Assembly (NCBI GenBank): GCA_905178155.1 | Contig: CAJINV010000002.1 | Span: 11,534,591-11,598,590, forward strand | Direction of reading: 5' to 3' | DNA from: Amoebophrya sp. A120 | Taxonomy: Eukaryota; Protista; Dinoflagellata | Length of the DNA: 64,000 bases | Part shown: positions 1 through 12,100 of the stretch, piece after piece | Layout of the letters: each line of letters opens with the position of its first letter | Numbering within the stretch: position 1 is the first letter of the stretch | Program-made: the position numbers and the translations under genes | Notes under the pieces: model-generated | Seen by the model: the letters and a program-made list of their open reading frames with translations, nothing else | Told to the model about the DNA's origin: nothing | The model's database searches: none

Positions 1-1001
1 GAGGTTAATTCATAATCACAAGCTATAGCTAAACGAGATGGTCCGTTTATTCAACTCAACGCACTGCGAAAAGGCAGGTGCTTGATGATGCAGAACATCG
101 TAGATTCCAAAAATCCGGATAGCGATACAGCAAGCCAGCCTGCCGGCGTTATTGAACATCGGACGAAAGATTCACCTCTCTTTACGTTTCCCAGACTACA
201 CTTTTTCTTCCAAAGATTCTAAGCGAAGGAAGGTGCTGAAATTTTTATCAGAAGCAGTTTATTACAAAACCAACAAAAGATCAAGGTACTTAAGTATTTT
301 CCTATTCGTCTAATTTTTATTGCTTTTGGGAAGTCTAGTTACTGTCGGCCGCGGAGCAGAAACACATCGTGAGAAATGGGTATGACTCAGGTCCACTATT
401 TCTTTGTTGAAAGTGTCGGTGTCCTCCTTCGTACAGTAGGCAACTTTGGCCTACTGAGGTACTTAAAAACTAAAGTGGGCTTTCTTGCTTCTGCCGCTCT
501 ATTGTGCAATTCCGAGTGCAGCTCCTGTTGCGATGGACCACAACTGGCCGGATTTGCAAAGTCTGCTGATGAAGCCGCCTTAGGGTCAGGAACAGGATCA
601 GCTCTGTTTTTCCGGGCCATTAAACCCGTCACCGTGCTCCTGGACGTACTAGCCAGAGGAGCGCGACCCAAAACAGCACGTTGTCAACGCCAACGGATGC
701 GCGACTGAAGACAACAGCGGAGACGAAGCTGGACGTTATTTCTATTGATCTTCGTTACTATTTGCTTCTAGAAAAGAAGGAACAAAAGTATTCCAGTATT
801 GATATTTCTTGAAAGAGAAAGAAGGACGTCGACCGTCTACCATGACTACATCGGATCAAGGCTGCGTGAGCTGCTATCAGTCGCGCAAGGACATTCGCCT
901 TTCTTATGCCGAAATCTTTTAACAAAGAAACGGGAAATCGACTATAAACTCTTTTCCGAAATCTTTTTCTTCCGAAAATAATGATTTTTTAAAACTTTGC
1001 C

Positions 1002-1973
1002 CTAGCCCATCATTTCATCCATCATCATGTCGGCTTCAGCTGGATACCCGCCTTCCATCATCCCCTCTTCTTCCACAGTATGCTAGTGAAAATTCATGTC
1101 TGCGTCGGATCAAAAGCAAACAGTGCTGGAGCGAAACCATGTACAAATTTGCACATACTTATGATAAGAGACAATTGCATTCTTGCTTAATGCAAATTGA
1201 TTTTGAGGCGACGTAGACGAAGTTTTATTTCCACCGTAGTCATCGAATGGCAAATCGGCTTCCGGCTCCATCCCGGTTTTGAATTTCGCCACCGCTTTGG
1301 CGCCGTCTTGGATGGCGTGTTTGCTGAGCTCCCCGGGGAGGATCAACCGAGCCGCGGTTTGGATTTCCGTGGCCCCCAACGTCTTCTTCCCCGTCAGCCG
1401 CAACAGCTTCACCGCCTCCGTGGCAATGCGCTCGAACAAGTCGCTCGCGAAGGAATCCAGGATCTGCATCGCCTTGCCGGACAGGGTGCACTCGTCGTGG
1501 TGGACCGTTTTCAACACCTTGTGGATGTACAGGTTCCAGGAGGTCGGCTTGTTGCCCTTCTTTCCCTTTTTCTTCTTCATGTCGTTCGGGTCCTTGATCA
1601 CCTTGTCCTTCTTCTCCATCTTGTCCTTCTTGAAGTGTTTCCCCTTCTTGTCGTCCTTGAACTTTTTGTCCTTGTACTTCTTGTCCTTGTCCTTCATCTT
1701 GTCCTTGTCCTTCATTTTGTCCTTGTCCTTCATTTTGTCCTTGTCCTTCATCTTGTCCTTGTCCTTCATTTTGTCCTTGTCCTTCATCTTGTCCTTGTCC
1801 TTCATTTTATCCTTGTCGTCCTTGTCCTTCATTTTATCCTTGTCCTTCATCTTGTCCTTGTCCGTCGCCAGCTTGTAGTCCAGCTTCATTTTGTCCTTCT
1901 CCTTCTCCTTCAAGGCCTTCTTGCTGCCACCCAGCAGGTACCCATCCTCCTCAACCATGTCGTAGGACGACAT
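1002..1973 (-). CDS. H2B: Divergent histone H2B with long K/D-repeat N-terminal tail. The 3' end is uncertain, with a probable intron and a short acidic last exon ending near 1002.
   Basis: ORF 1110..1973 contains an H2B fold: SWNLYIHKVLKTVH...LSGKAMQILDSFASDLFERIATEAVKL...KKTLGATEIQTAARLILPGELSKHAIQDGAKAVAKF. A downstream frame reads VEEEGMMEGGYPAEADMMMDEMMG* and ends at TAG 1004-1002. Confidence 0.88.
1681..1863 (-). repeat. Coding 18-bp tandem repeat, about 10 units, encoding KDKDKM
   Basis: Plus-strand unit ttgtccttgtccttcat(c/t) is repeated head to tail. Confidence 0.95.
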
Positions 1974-3126
1974 GACTTTTGCTTTGTTGATACGCTGTGC
2001 TGTTTGTTGAACAACGACCTAGCCCTGAGTCGTCGTGTACTCGCAATTTATTCTTAACGACGGACACGAACCCAACAAAATCTCACTTTCTATTGTTTTT
2101 TTTCTTTCATGATTCATGTTGTGTTTCTTTGGTCCAGCCACGAGATCCAGTTGTACGTTGTTGGCAGTCCAAATTATTTCAAACACGTACAACTTCATAA
2201 TCTGTGGATCGCTGAGCGAAATGCCACTGCGTCTCGCTTCTATTCTCTCATCTAAATTGAGTGTCGCAGTATCTATCACACCATACCCTGAAACTGATCT
2301 ACTATCTTTATACCTGTATCAAAAGGGGAGGACAAGAAAGTCTCGTTGCGGCTGCTGAGACAGAAATCATTGGAACTAGTTCTTCGTGGTCTGTGCGAAC
2401 CAAGCTTTTTCTGCCGACTAACTTCGCTTACGACCCGCACGAAACAGTCAAGCTACTGGCAGACAGAGGGAGCCTCCTTTATTACGTAAGTAACGTATGA
2501 ATCGTAACGTAAGGAACGAACAGTGACCACATCACACGTGAACAAGCCTGCAAGAAACGCTGCAAGTGCACTCGCTTCAAGTGTAAACGTTACACTCAAA
2601 ACCTCACTCTACTTTCTAGTGCGATGATTTATGCATACATGTTGCATGTGCTACTCCTAGGCAATGCGTCAAACGCAATAGTGAAACTAAGAAAGATTTC
2701 GCCTCTCAAAATGGGTGTCTTTCTCCGTTCTCCGGCACTCGGTGTTCTCTGCTCAAGTACAAATTCATCGGTAACCAGCAAATGGTGACAGAGCATCGCA
2801 AGCGAACACCTCCAAGTTTCCTCCTCCATCAGCTAGTTACAAAGTTGCACGATAGAATCAGCATCGATGTCGAGGCGTGAGAGTAGACGTAGCAAAATAC
2901 GCTTCATCAGTACACTTCGGTCAGTCTCGACCGAGCTTGCAACGCTCGCGTTCCGCAGCGGCGACGGTGATTTGATAGACAAGTAAATGATCAGCTTCTA
3001 CTAAGCTACTTGCTTGCGGTTGGGTTTGGGGTTGGGGTAATTCTAGAGTCAACATATCCAAAAAATCGGGGAAGGGGTAGATGCTTTAGATACATATATC
3101 GAAATCGTGCTTTTTTTCTATTCATT

Positions 3127-5454
3127 TCAAACCGCGGTGAGTTCGTCTTCCAGTACCAGCGGGTGCTCGGGATGTAAATCCAGCGCTGACGCTTTCCAAT
3201 TTTTCGGCTCGCCACAAAATTTGACTAGATCTAACGACCGAGGACTGGTCGGCAAGCTTGTGTACACGAGGCAGTAGTTTGGAATTTTCAGTGCACTTTC
3301 CGTAAAGCCCTGGTTGAAAAGTGTCAGGTACTTGCAGCAGGTCGCTCGCAGGTGCACGTGGGAAAAAGAATTTCTTCCGTCGATCTTTCCCATCAGACTC
3401 GTGGCTTGGTCCATGCCGATGCAATACTGTTGGTTCATGCATCCGCCCTCCCGGCTCGCTAGATCCGTATTTTTGCCGACGCAGCGAGCCAATCCTTCGT
3501 CGATCAAGTCCTGCCACTTGGAGCAGCAATTGGTTCTGGCGTTCACCAGTCCCCCGCAGTTCGGACTGTAGGCCAACGTCGTTTGCGAGAGCCCCACCTC
3601 GTACTCGTCGGTCAGCCCAAACATAGCATGAGACAGTTCGTGCGCGAAGAGCGCACCCTGAAAGTCCCACGCGGCCTGGTAGGTGTGCATTTTCGCGGAC
3701 ATGACCAGCATGTTGCTACCCCACTCGCCCCATCCGTACTGCCGTACTGACGGGCTGCCGGGCGCCACCCGAAGCAGATCCATCGCTTCTTCGGTCATCC
3801 AGACGTGCACCGAGACCGTCATGTGTTGCATGCCTGCGAATGTGTCCTCGCAGTGATGCTGTGCGAACGTAGCCAGCGCCGGCCAGTCACGGCACTCCAC
3901 CCAAAAGTTGTCCACGCCTTGCTGCAGCTGGCTCCAGCCCGGCGCCTGGCGCGGGTCCACGGCCTGATGCGAGCAGTCCGCGCCCTTCACGAACTCCAGA
4001 TCGCTGAAGCGCGCAAATCGGTCCACGCGGAAGACGTTTAGGTGGGGATTGCTGCGCGTGCTGAAGGGCGCAAAGTTTTTGTCCAGTACGGCGACGGTCT
4101 CTTCGACATACTCCGTCCACTGTTCCGCGGATTCCCAACCGTAGGGTAGCAAGACCAGATTTATGGAGTTGTCCAGGTCTCTCCCCGTTTCATCCGTTGG
4201 CGACACTTGCACGCAGGAGCCCCCGCCGTCCACCCGCGATGAGCCGGTGGAGCTTTGCTGGATGCTGCTGCCGCCACCTCGAGGATTGCCTCCACCTCCA
4301 AGGAGGGGCGGGGCCTGGTAGGGTTGCCCGTTGACTACGACCGGGTAATATCAAATGTAAAAATGTCTGGGTCTGGAAGAGTGCAAGATTTGACATGCAT
4401 ATTTCTCATGACACAGACACATGATGCCTGTAATGCATGACCTAGCATCGCGTACTTTTAGAGGGCTTCCTGATGCACTTTCCGCATGAGAAATGCCCTG
4501 TCCGTGTAGCACCAATTGTGCCCCTCTCGCTGGTCATGCAATACAAATTTTTTTAGAGTCCAAAAACAGCATGACAAGTTGCAATCTTCCAGACCCAGAC
4601 ATTTTTACATTTGATAGGTAATTGTCCGCTGTCTCGTACTCGTCCGGATGCGGTGTTTTTTCCGCCTCCGACACCGGGTTCCGGGCCTCCGTTGCGCCGT
4701 CGCTGGCCGCGCCACCGCAACAGGAGTCCCCCGCCGAAGCCTCCGTCGTCGTGGTTGATCGGTTTTCTTGCTGAGAGAACTTCTTGTTTTCGAGTGCGGT
4801 GCCACTGCCACTTCTTTGCAGAACACTTCCCACATCCACCGCGGATGAAGAAGCCACCTCTAGTACAATCCCCGCCTCACTCTCGCCATTGGTTCTGCCC
4901 CTTGGTGAAACTGCATCAGCGTGCCGCGCATTCGCCGGCTTGCTCACCTTCACTATCTTGATGCGCTTCTCTCTACTTGGGGCATTCAAGACCACCTTGG
5001 GTGGAGATCGTGCTAGTGCTCCTACCGCGTCATCCTTTCCCAGTTCGTCCACGTCCTCCGCTCCGGCTCCTGCGCTAGCCAATTTAACATCTGCTTCGTG
5101 ATTCTGCGAAATACCGGTATTATCTTCTGAGAGAATCCCGGCAGACCCCGGCGCATGATTCTCTATGAATCCACTATTTTCGACTTCCTCATCCTCGCCA
5201 GTTCCAGTGTCAAGTGAAGCGGAGTTGACGTCACCACGATGGAGCCTATTTAAAAGTCGGCGATCCCCCGGATGTTGTGGTATCAGCTTATTTTTTTTCT
5301 CTGCTAAAAGCGATTTATTCGCTTTCAGTCTTTCTTCTTCCGGGGGCACAGCATTTTTCACTGCGTGACTTGTGTCTCTGTAAACGTAAGCATCGGTAAA
5401 TCGGTCGAGGAAAAACCACGACCAAGAGTTCGAAGCCAACAACAAGTTCCTCAT
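3127..5454 (-). CDS. Zinc metallopeptidase, M64 (IgA peptidase)-like. Two exons are split by a TIR intron. The start is uncertain.
   Basis: Motif FAHELSHAMFGLTDEY (HExxHxxxxLxDEY). ORFs 4534..5454 and 3127..4233 join in frame (...ETADNY-PVVVNGQPY...SRVDGGGSCVQV) after removing 4349-4616 plus one TSD. Confidence 0.75.
4349..4616. mobile_element. TIR element acting as a non-canonical intron, family A (268 bp)
   Basis: TIR TATCAAATGTAAAAATGTCTGGGTCTGGAAGA at both ends. TSD GGTAA at 4344-4348 and 4617-4621. Excision restores the frame. Confidence 0.93.
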
Positions 5455-6205
5455 GTTAGTGAAAAATCAAGGCAACAGGCGGATAAAGATAGAATTAGAA
5501 GAACCGCTAGCGTTTATGTGCAAGTGCAACGGTGTCGCCTTTTGGCATAAAAAAATTGCAGGTCGAGGTATATATTGGGTTGGCGACGTCAAGCTGAAGT
5601 CTTAACGAAATATGAATATCACCTAGAGCTGGGAAGGGAACTGAGACTGGTGTCACTTTAAAAACGGAGTATGTAACTTCTTGATTCTTGTAGAGACTGA
5701 CAAGCGCGATTGCTGGAAAGATGATACTCAATGAGCCGAGAGATGAAGGCGAAAGGAAAACAAGGCCATCGGAAATACATCAACCTACGGTGATGCTACA
5801 GCTGACGATACGAAGAAACGAAAGCGGCACGGTACGCAGACACGAAGGACGTGGACGACTTTACCATGTAGATGTTTCGTTACGAAAAATGTAGAAAAAA
5901 AGCATGAACGACAACAAGTTCCATGATGTGAATGTACGACATTTTTGGGCACTTCTACTTTTTTGTGTGCAGCTGCAGAACGTCGACATCAACAAAACAT
6001 GTTCAATCAGACAAGACAAGGCAAGACATACTGACGACGATGCACAAGACGACGATCACCTTTTACAGTGACCTGCAAGAACCCTCGCCAGCAGTAGCAG
6101 CACTTTTCTTGAAAAAAAAAATGAGCAATTCATTGTGCTGATAGCCGATGTCTTTCTGGATTCCGTGTCCATCTTCATTCCATCTATCATATCTACAGCA
6201 TCTGA

Positions 6206-7861
6206 TCACAGCACAAAGTCTTCCCAGATTCCCTCCCAGTGGGCTTTTTTGGAAGCAACACAGCGTACATTCATCTCGGTTTCCTTCCCAGCGCAATAAT
6301 CGGGAAGTACTTTCCTTACGCCGTCGACAGAGAACTCCCGGTGGAACATGCAACACATGTTGAGAATCGATGTCTCGCTGAATTCCATTCCTGCTGCGGT
6401 GTTCTCCGCAGGGGTCATGAGGAACTCCGTTTGCCCCTCGGCGTCGTGATCAAGCTCGAAGGTGCTGTGGCCGATTTCGTGCGCGGCCAACGCCGCCTGG
6501 TCCGCGAGACTTCGGAGCTTCCCGGCCGGGTCGCTATTCAGGAGAAACATGCTCCAGGACTTGCTCTCATCTCGCACAATATCTCGGTCGGAGGCGTCGA
6601 ACTCGATTTCTTGCGTTATCCACTGGTCGTTCCCAGCCTTGTCCTTACACTCCATTGGATTCCATTCGTCATGATACTCGGGCGGGCAGAGATATTGTTG
6701 TCGCACCACTTTCGTTGCGTTGTTGAATACGTGCGTGTAGAACAGGCCGATTGCGTAGAGGTTCGTTTGTTCCTTCATCTCCTCCACCGGCACCACAAGC
6801 CCGACGGTGAGGGCCTGCCCGGTCGCGTGGCAGCCGCTATCGCGGGCGAAGGTATAGACCTCGTTCCAGTCGCTGCAGGTGACATGGTAGCTCTGCTGCT
6901 TCTCCTCAATCGTCCAAGCGCCGGACGTCGGTATGTGCTCCGGGTTGTACGAGCAGTTCGTTTTCTGCGCGATCGCCCCCGTGTCCGTTCCGCTTACAAA
7001 CGGAACAGCATCTTTCATTTCGTCCACGCGAAACAAGTTGACGTGGCTAGCTTCCTGCTGAAACTGCGGTAGTTTCACAAGCTCGTCCTTCAACGTTTCG
7101 ATGTACTCTATCCAGGATGTCCCTGCCTTTTCATATGCAGCGGTGTTGTAGGGCACAAAAACCACGTTGAAGGCGTCCTGAAAGACTTCGGGCGGTGAAG
7201 AAGCGGAAGCATGCGCAGAGGCGCCGACCGAAATTCTCGTACAGGTTACTACATCTGTAGAACTTGATGTGCTGCTCTCTTCACTTGTACCCACATCTTG
7301 ACTTGTTTCGTCCTCGCCCTCGGGAGCAGCAGAAGAGGAGGAGCTGCTCGATGTTGTTGCAAGCTCGGCTGAAGATCCGTTAGTGCCTGCAGTTGCGTTC
7401 TTCCCCTCGTCCACCTCCACACTGACGCACCCTTCCTTGGTTTTGCTTGTTCGCTTTCTCTCCAGAAGCGACAGAGGTGCGAGAGTGGGAGGTTCTGGCT
7501 TGATGGACGGGCGTAGAAGGACATCTCTAATATTTTTCGCCTTTTTTCCGTCTTGTCCTCCGCTGCCGGATGCAAGCAGAGACGAACGCCGCGGCCTCGA
7601 AATTACTTTTTCCTTCCCGCGACCCAGCGGACGACCTGAAGAATGCTCTTGAGTCACACTATTCTTGTTGTTGGCCGTTACACGTAAACTGTACTCGGAA
7701 ATAACTCTGTCTGAGGATAAAAGGAAAAACAAAAAACACCTGACAAAGTAGGTGGAGGAGCACGGAAAACTACACTTTCCGGCCTGGCGAAGCAAAGTAT
7801 CTGTAATCATGTTCATGGTACGTACCTCAGTCTGGGTGAAATAAACTTGTGAAAGCAACAA
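6206..7861 (-). CDS. Zinc metallopeptidase, paralog of the adjacent M64-like gene, with a metzincin-like motif
   Basis: Motif AAHEIGHSTFELDH...FLMTP. It shares the blocks NVVFVPY/NLVLLPY, WIEYIE/WTEYVE, HVNLFRVD/HLNVFRVD and CC...PDYC/CC...PNYC with 3127..5454. Confidence 0.7.
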   Translation of the reverse strand: MLLSQVYFTQTEVRTMNMITDTLLRQAGKCSFPCSSTYFVRCFLFFLLSSDRVISEYSLRVTANNKNSVTQEHSSGRPLGRGKEKVISRPRRSSLLASGSGGQDGKKAKNIRDVLLRPSIKPEPPTLAPLSLLERKRTSKTKEGCVSVEVDEGKNATAGTNGSSAELATTSSSSSSSAAPEGEDETSQDVGTSEESSTSSSTDVVTCTRISVGASAHASASSPPEVFQDAFNVVFVPYNTAAYEKAGTSWIEYIETLKDELVKLPQFQQEASHVNLFRVDEMKDAVPFVSGTDTGAIAQKTNCSYNPEHIPTSGAWTIEEKQQSYHVTCSDWNEVYTFARDSGCHATGQALTVGLVVPVEEMKEQTNLYAIGLFYTHVFNNATKVVRQQYLCPPEYHDEWNPMECKDKAGNDQWITQEIEFDASDRDIVRDESKSWSMFLLNSDPAGKLRSLADQAALAAHEIGHSTFELDHDAEGQTEFLMTPAENTAAGMEFSETSILNMCCMFHREFSVDGVRKVLPDYCAGKETEMNVRCVASKKAHWEGIWEDFVL

Positions 7862-9164
7862 GGGGCAGGTTGTCAGAGGAAATCAACCTGGGATTGCTTT
7901 GCGTTTGCAAGCAGACGACTTTTGAGCTGAACAAAGAAAAAAGAAACGAAAACGATATGCATCGGGGGGGGAAAGGGAGTGGAAATGGACAGATCTGGGA
8001 TTTTGTTTTTCGTGTTAACGTAGTTCCATGCAAAGACACGAACGCGTACGAATGCAGACGAGGAGGGAACGATAACGTCGACGTGCTTGGCTTCTTCGCT
8101 TGAACCGCCCAAGCGAGACGAGTGAACGAACATTGACTGAGCGCCACGATTTCACAACGACGCATCAAAGACGGGCGACCAATGCCTATGAATTCCTTCT
8201 AAACCGTGGTGAACATACGAGCAAGGCAAGTCAAAAAAATTGCCTGGCTTCATACATCGCGCTAATAGTGAAGTTTTCGGCTCGTTTCGATCCCTTGATG
8301 TCGCCGGATACCATTGGCAGAGCCGGCGACGGAAAGGATTGCAAACGAGTGCAATTCAGCGAAGTAGGAGTCTCTGTGCGTGCCCGAAGTCTGGCCACGA
8401 ATGTGGACCCGACAACGGAGCTTGATGCGATCTTTTCCAAGATGATCTTCCTTTCACAAATTCCACCTCAGAACACAAGCGAAACACGCACCCCGCGACT
8501 GCACTGCCACGCAGCGCAAGCGGCACCTGCTGAAAGCGGAGAAACCAGTCTTCGCAGACATTGCAAAAACCCCCCCAAGCCAACCAGAACGAGAAAGAAG
8601 TGGCAGGCAGCCATTCCCGGCGTACGCCAATTCGCAGCCGCAAAGTGACTCCATACCTCGCCGCACGGCGCTAGGGCGCAAAAAGATGGCAAGGAAAACT
8701 GGACGCAAACCACAACAACGCGACGCAACCACACAAACTACAACTGGCACCAGCAACTTGCGTTTTCCTTCCCAGGGTTGGGAGAGGAGGGTCAACTTTT
8801 TCGAAACTGCGGCAGAAATAACTGAAACTGTGTCAACTTTGCACACTGACAAAAGGGCGAGGGGGTGTGAATTTCCTCGCGCCCGATCCTTGGACCGGGC
8901 GTGCTGCCCTAAACTGTGAACTGGGACGACACGAAGACACATGAACACGCGAGATCCTACGCAACCAACCGACCACCGCTTGGATCAAGAACAACGAGGA
9001 CTACCTCTGTCCTCGGGCTCACATCATACTGATCTGCACACGGCTCCAATCTCATCTGAATTACACATTCTCACGCGCTTATAATTCCAACTGTAAATTT
9101 GATCGTCTGTGGTTTTCTACAGCCTGAATGCACGAAGAAGGGGCGCGGCCTTGAAGATGTCGGT

Positions 9165-12100
9165 TCAGTCGTTGGTGCTATTGGCACTCCCACCTGCAAC
9201 AACCTTCATGTTCGCAAGGCGTGGATTTTTCGCAACCACCACTTGCTGCCCGTTGCTCAGAGAGCGATTCTTCGTGGAGTCCCTTGGCTGACTTGGCGGC
9301 CGCGGAATCAGTCCGCGACTGTATCCAGGAAAAAAGCTGTGTAAGTGTAACTTTGTAGGAAGAGCAGCATCACAAATTCGCTTTGCATTACAGGGGAAAC
9401 CTGTCATGCGCAATTAGCATGCCAAAACACGTATGGAAGTAGCCTATGACGCACATCCAGCATCACAAGTGTGACAGTTTTGCATTTTTTGCATCACAGA
9501 CTTACACTCACATAGTTTTTTTCTTGCATAGACTGGGGTACAGTTTCATACTCCGCAGTTCCCCACCTCCGCTTCCGCCACTCGTGGCACCCGGGAACGA
9601 AGACGCCGCCACGGCAGAAGGTGGCGCGACAACTTTGGGATTGGGAGCTGCATTTTGAAGTAGACCATTACCCGCTAGATGGTGTGGTTGAAAGGTCCCT
9701 GGTGCGCCTCTACTCCCGAATAAGTCACTATAGCCCATTGATGTTCCATCGGGTGGTCCCCTTGCTGGTAGCGTGCTGGATTTCACCTGCTGCGAAATCC
9801 GAGGTAAAACGACGACTTCCCGGGAGCGACCGCGGGGTGGCGACGGCTGCTCTTCTTCGCGACCCATCCACAGACCGAAGCTGTTTCCCGCCGGGCGCAC
9901 AACCGGCTCCAGAGAACGCGGGAGATCACGCCGTAGCGGCAAAGGTGGAGGCATAGGTTCGACTACTCCAATGATGGCGGACGACTGGTCATCAGGATCC
10001 ACCGTGAAGATGGCTTGATCTCGATCATCCTTACGAGGACGCGGCTCATCTAGCTGCACCTGGCTCTCGCTACTAGGATCATGCGCAGCAACAAGTACCT
10101 GACCCTCAGCCTGCAGCTTCGACGCTGAGTTGGAATGTGAGTGCGCACTTCGTGTCAAAGTTCTCGGCGCGCTGAAAGACGAAACAACGAGCCCCGGCGG
10201 GGGAGCGTGTTGTCTTCTATCCTGTAGCGGTGCAGCTGCTCTCACTGTCGCGGTCGCTTCGTCGTTGGAAGACGAACTGCTCAAGCTAATGAGTTTGGAA
10301 GCCGGCTGCAGAATGTTCAAATGGCCGCGCTGCTTGTTCGCGATTGCATTCACTGTGGGGGAGGGCCGACCGGTAAAATTGATGCGCTGTTGCTGCTGCC
10401 GGTGACCCTCGGTGCGGTCGTGGTAATTGAGTTCCTTCTTCGCCGTGCGGTCCGGATGCACATTGTACTGGTCCCGGGAACTACTGGCAGAAGGAGCTGT
10501 GTTGGACACTAATGGAGCTTCCCTCGGAGGGGTCGTCGCTTCCGGTGGAGCAGCAGAAAATAAGACGTCCGGAGATGAGGGCGCTTCAGCGATGCTGCTC
10601 TCGGAAATGAAAGAAGATGCCACTGTAATTTGCTCGCGCTTCTCAATCTCTGGCTTCTTCACCTCCAAGTCTGCTTTTTTCATTGACGCCGCGAGTACTT
10701 CGTCGTCCCCTGCGACCACAGCTTGTCCCTTGAAGTCCTCATGTCCTTGTGTCGCCTCCTGTATTTCAGCACTGTTAATAGTTGGTGCGAGTTTTTTTTC
10801 TTGACGAGATCCGCCAGCGTCTGGTTGCACGTGGTCACGCTCGCGGTCATCTTCAGACGCCTTCTCTGTTACTCCTACTTCTTTAGTGACAGAACCCTCC
10901 GGATCTACATCTGCTGCTGGTCCTGATTCGTTTGAGTTCCTTACTTCCGTATCTGGAACGTGCTGCGTTGCGTCTACGTCCATCGGCGTCGGCTCGATAT
11001 TCATCGGCTGCGTCAGTTCGCTTAGTTTTTCCGGTTCTTCATCAGCAATGTTGCGCGGCAGCTTTCCATACTCATTTTCGGCAGCAGCCTGGGAAACAGC
11101 AGTACTATCTTGCGCCTTTGCGGGTTTCGCCTCTTCTGGCGCTGAAGCGTTGCTACCACCCGGGCGGTCCTGTTGCATTTCTCCCTTTTCATCTACGAGA
11201 GGTCCTAACGCTTTTTCCAACGTTACGGCTTCAGCTTGAAAGACATGTTCGTGTTCATCGTCTTTCTCTTCGTTAGCACCAAACTGACGTCTTGTCTTTT
11301 CACCGTCCGCTTTCGTATCCGCTGCATCTTCGACGACGTCACTGTCAGCCTTATTTGCCCTAAAATTTCTTCCCGTGACAAGAGTCTGGAAGGCAGACGT
11401 GACTTCTCTCAGAACCTCACTGGTCTCCGCACCCAGCAACTCGGTCCTCGAATTCTTGGGTCCGCCAGAATAAAGATCTTCCGCGTTTAGAAACGCACAG
11501 TATTCAATGTGCCCGACTTCTCCATTTTCTCCCGGAAGATTCAGAACCTGCGTCCAACAAGACCTTTTCTTCTCAGTGGAACCTAATTGTGCGCCAGCAG
11601 ACTCCTGCTCCGCAACCTTCATCACGGACGCCGTCACGGACTTGCAGGAAACATCTGCATGCAATGACCAGGCAGAAGTAGGCATCGTCGCGCGTGACAC
11701 CGGGTCACTCTCCCGCTTCCGGTTCCGACTTTCGCTTTCCGGGCTTGACATTTCCGGAGTATCAAAAGCTTGCCTGAAACCTGCAACCAATGATAGAGCG
11801 ATCGGCGGCGCTGTCTTCGGCGGAACAGGGGTGACGCGACGCCATACAAGCAGCTGGACATCCGGGCAGTCGTGCGTCTTCTTCAGCCCACCCTGGCATT
11901 TATCATCACAACTCGCAGGACTGCTTTTGTCCCTCTCCGCAGTAGCAACCGCCTTCTTTACGCCTTCACGGACGCTCTCGCGGTCCCGCATCGCAGTGAA
12001 TAAGAACTGCAACAGTTTCGACGGTCCGAGTACTTGCTTCCCCGTCTGGGCGTCCTTTACGCCCGTGTTGAGCACGACGAGGTGCTCGTAGAAATCGCTC

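Noticed and set aside
1197-2057. Long plus-strand ORFs here and opposite other genes (e.g. 27605..28540, 46513..47379)
   Set aside because: They are antisense shadows of codon-biased or repetitive minus-strand genes.
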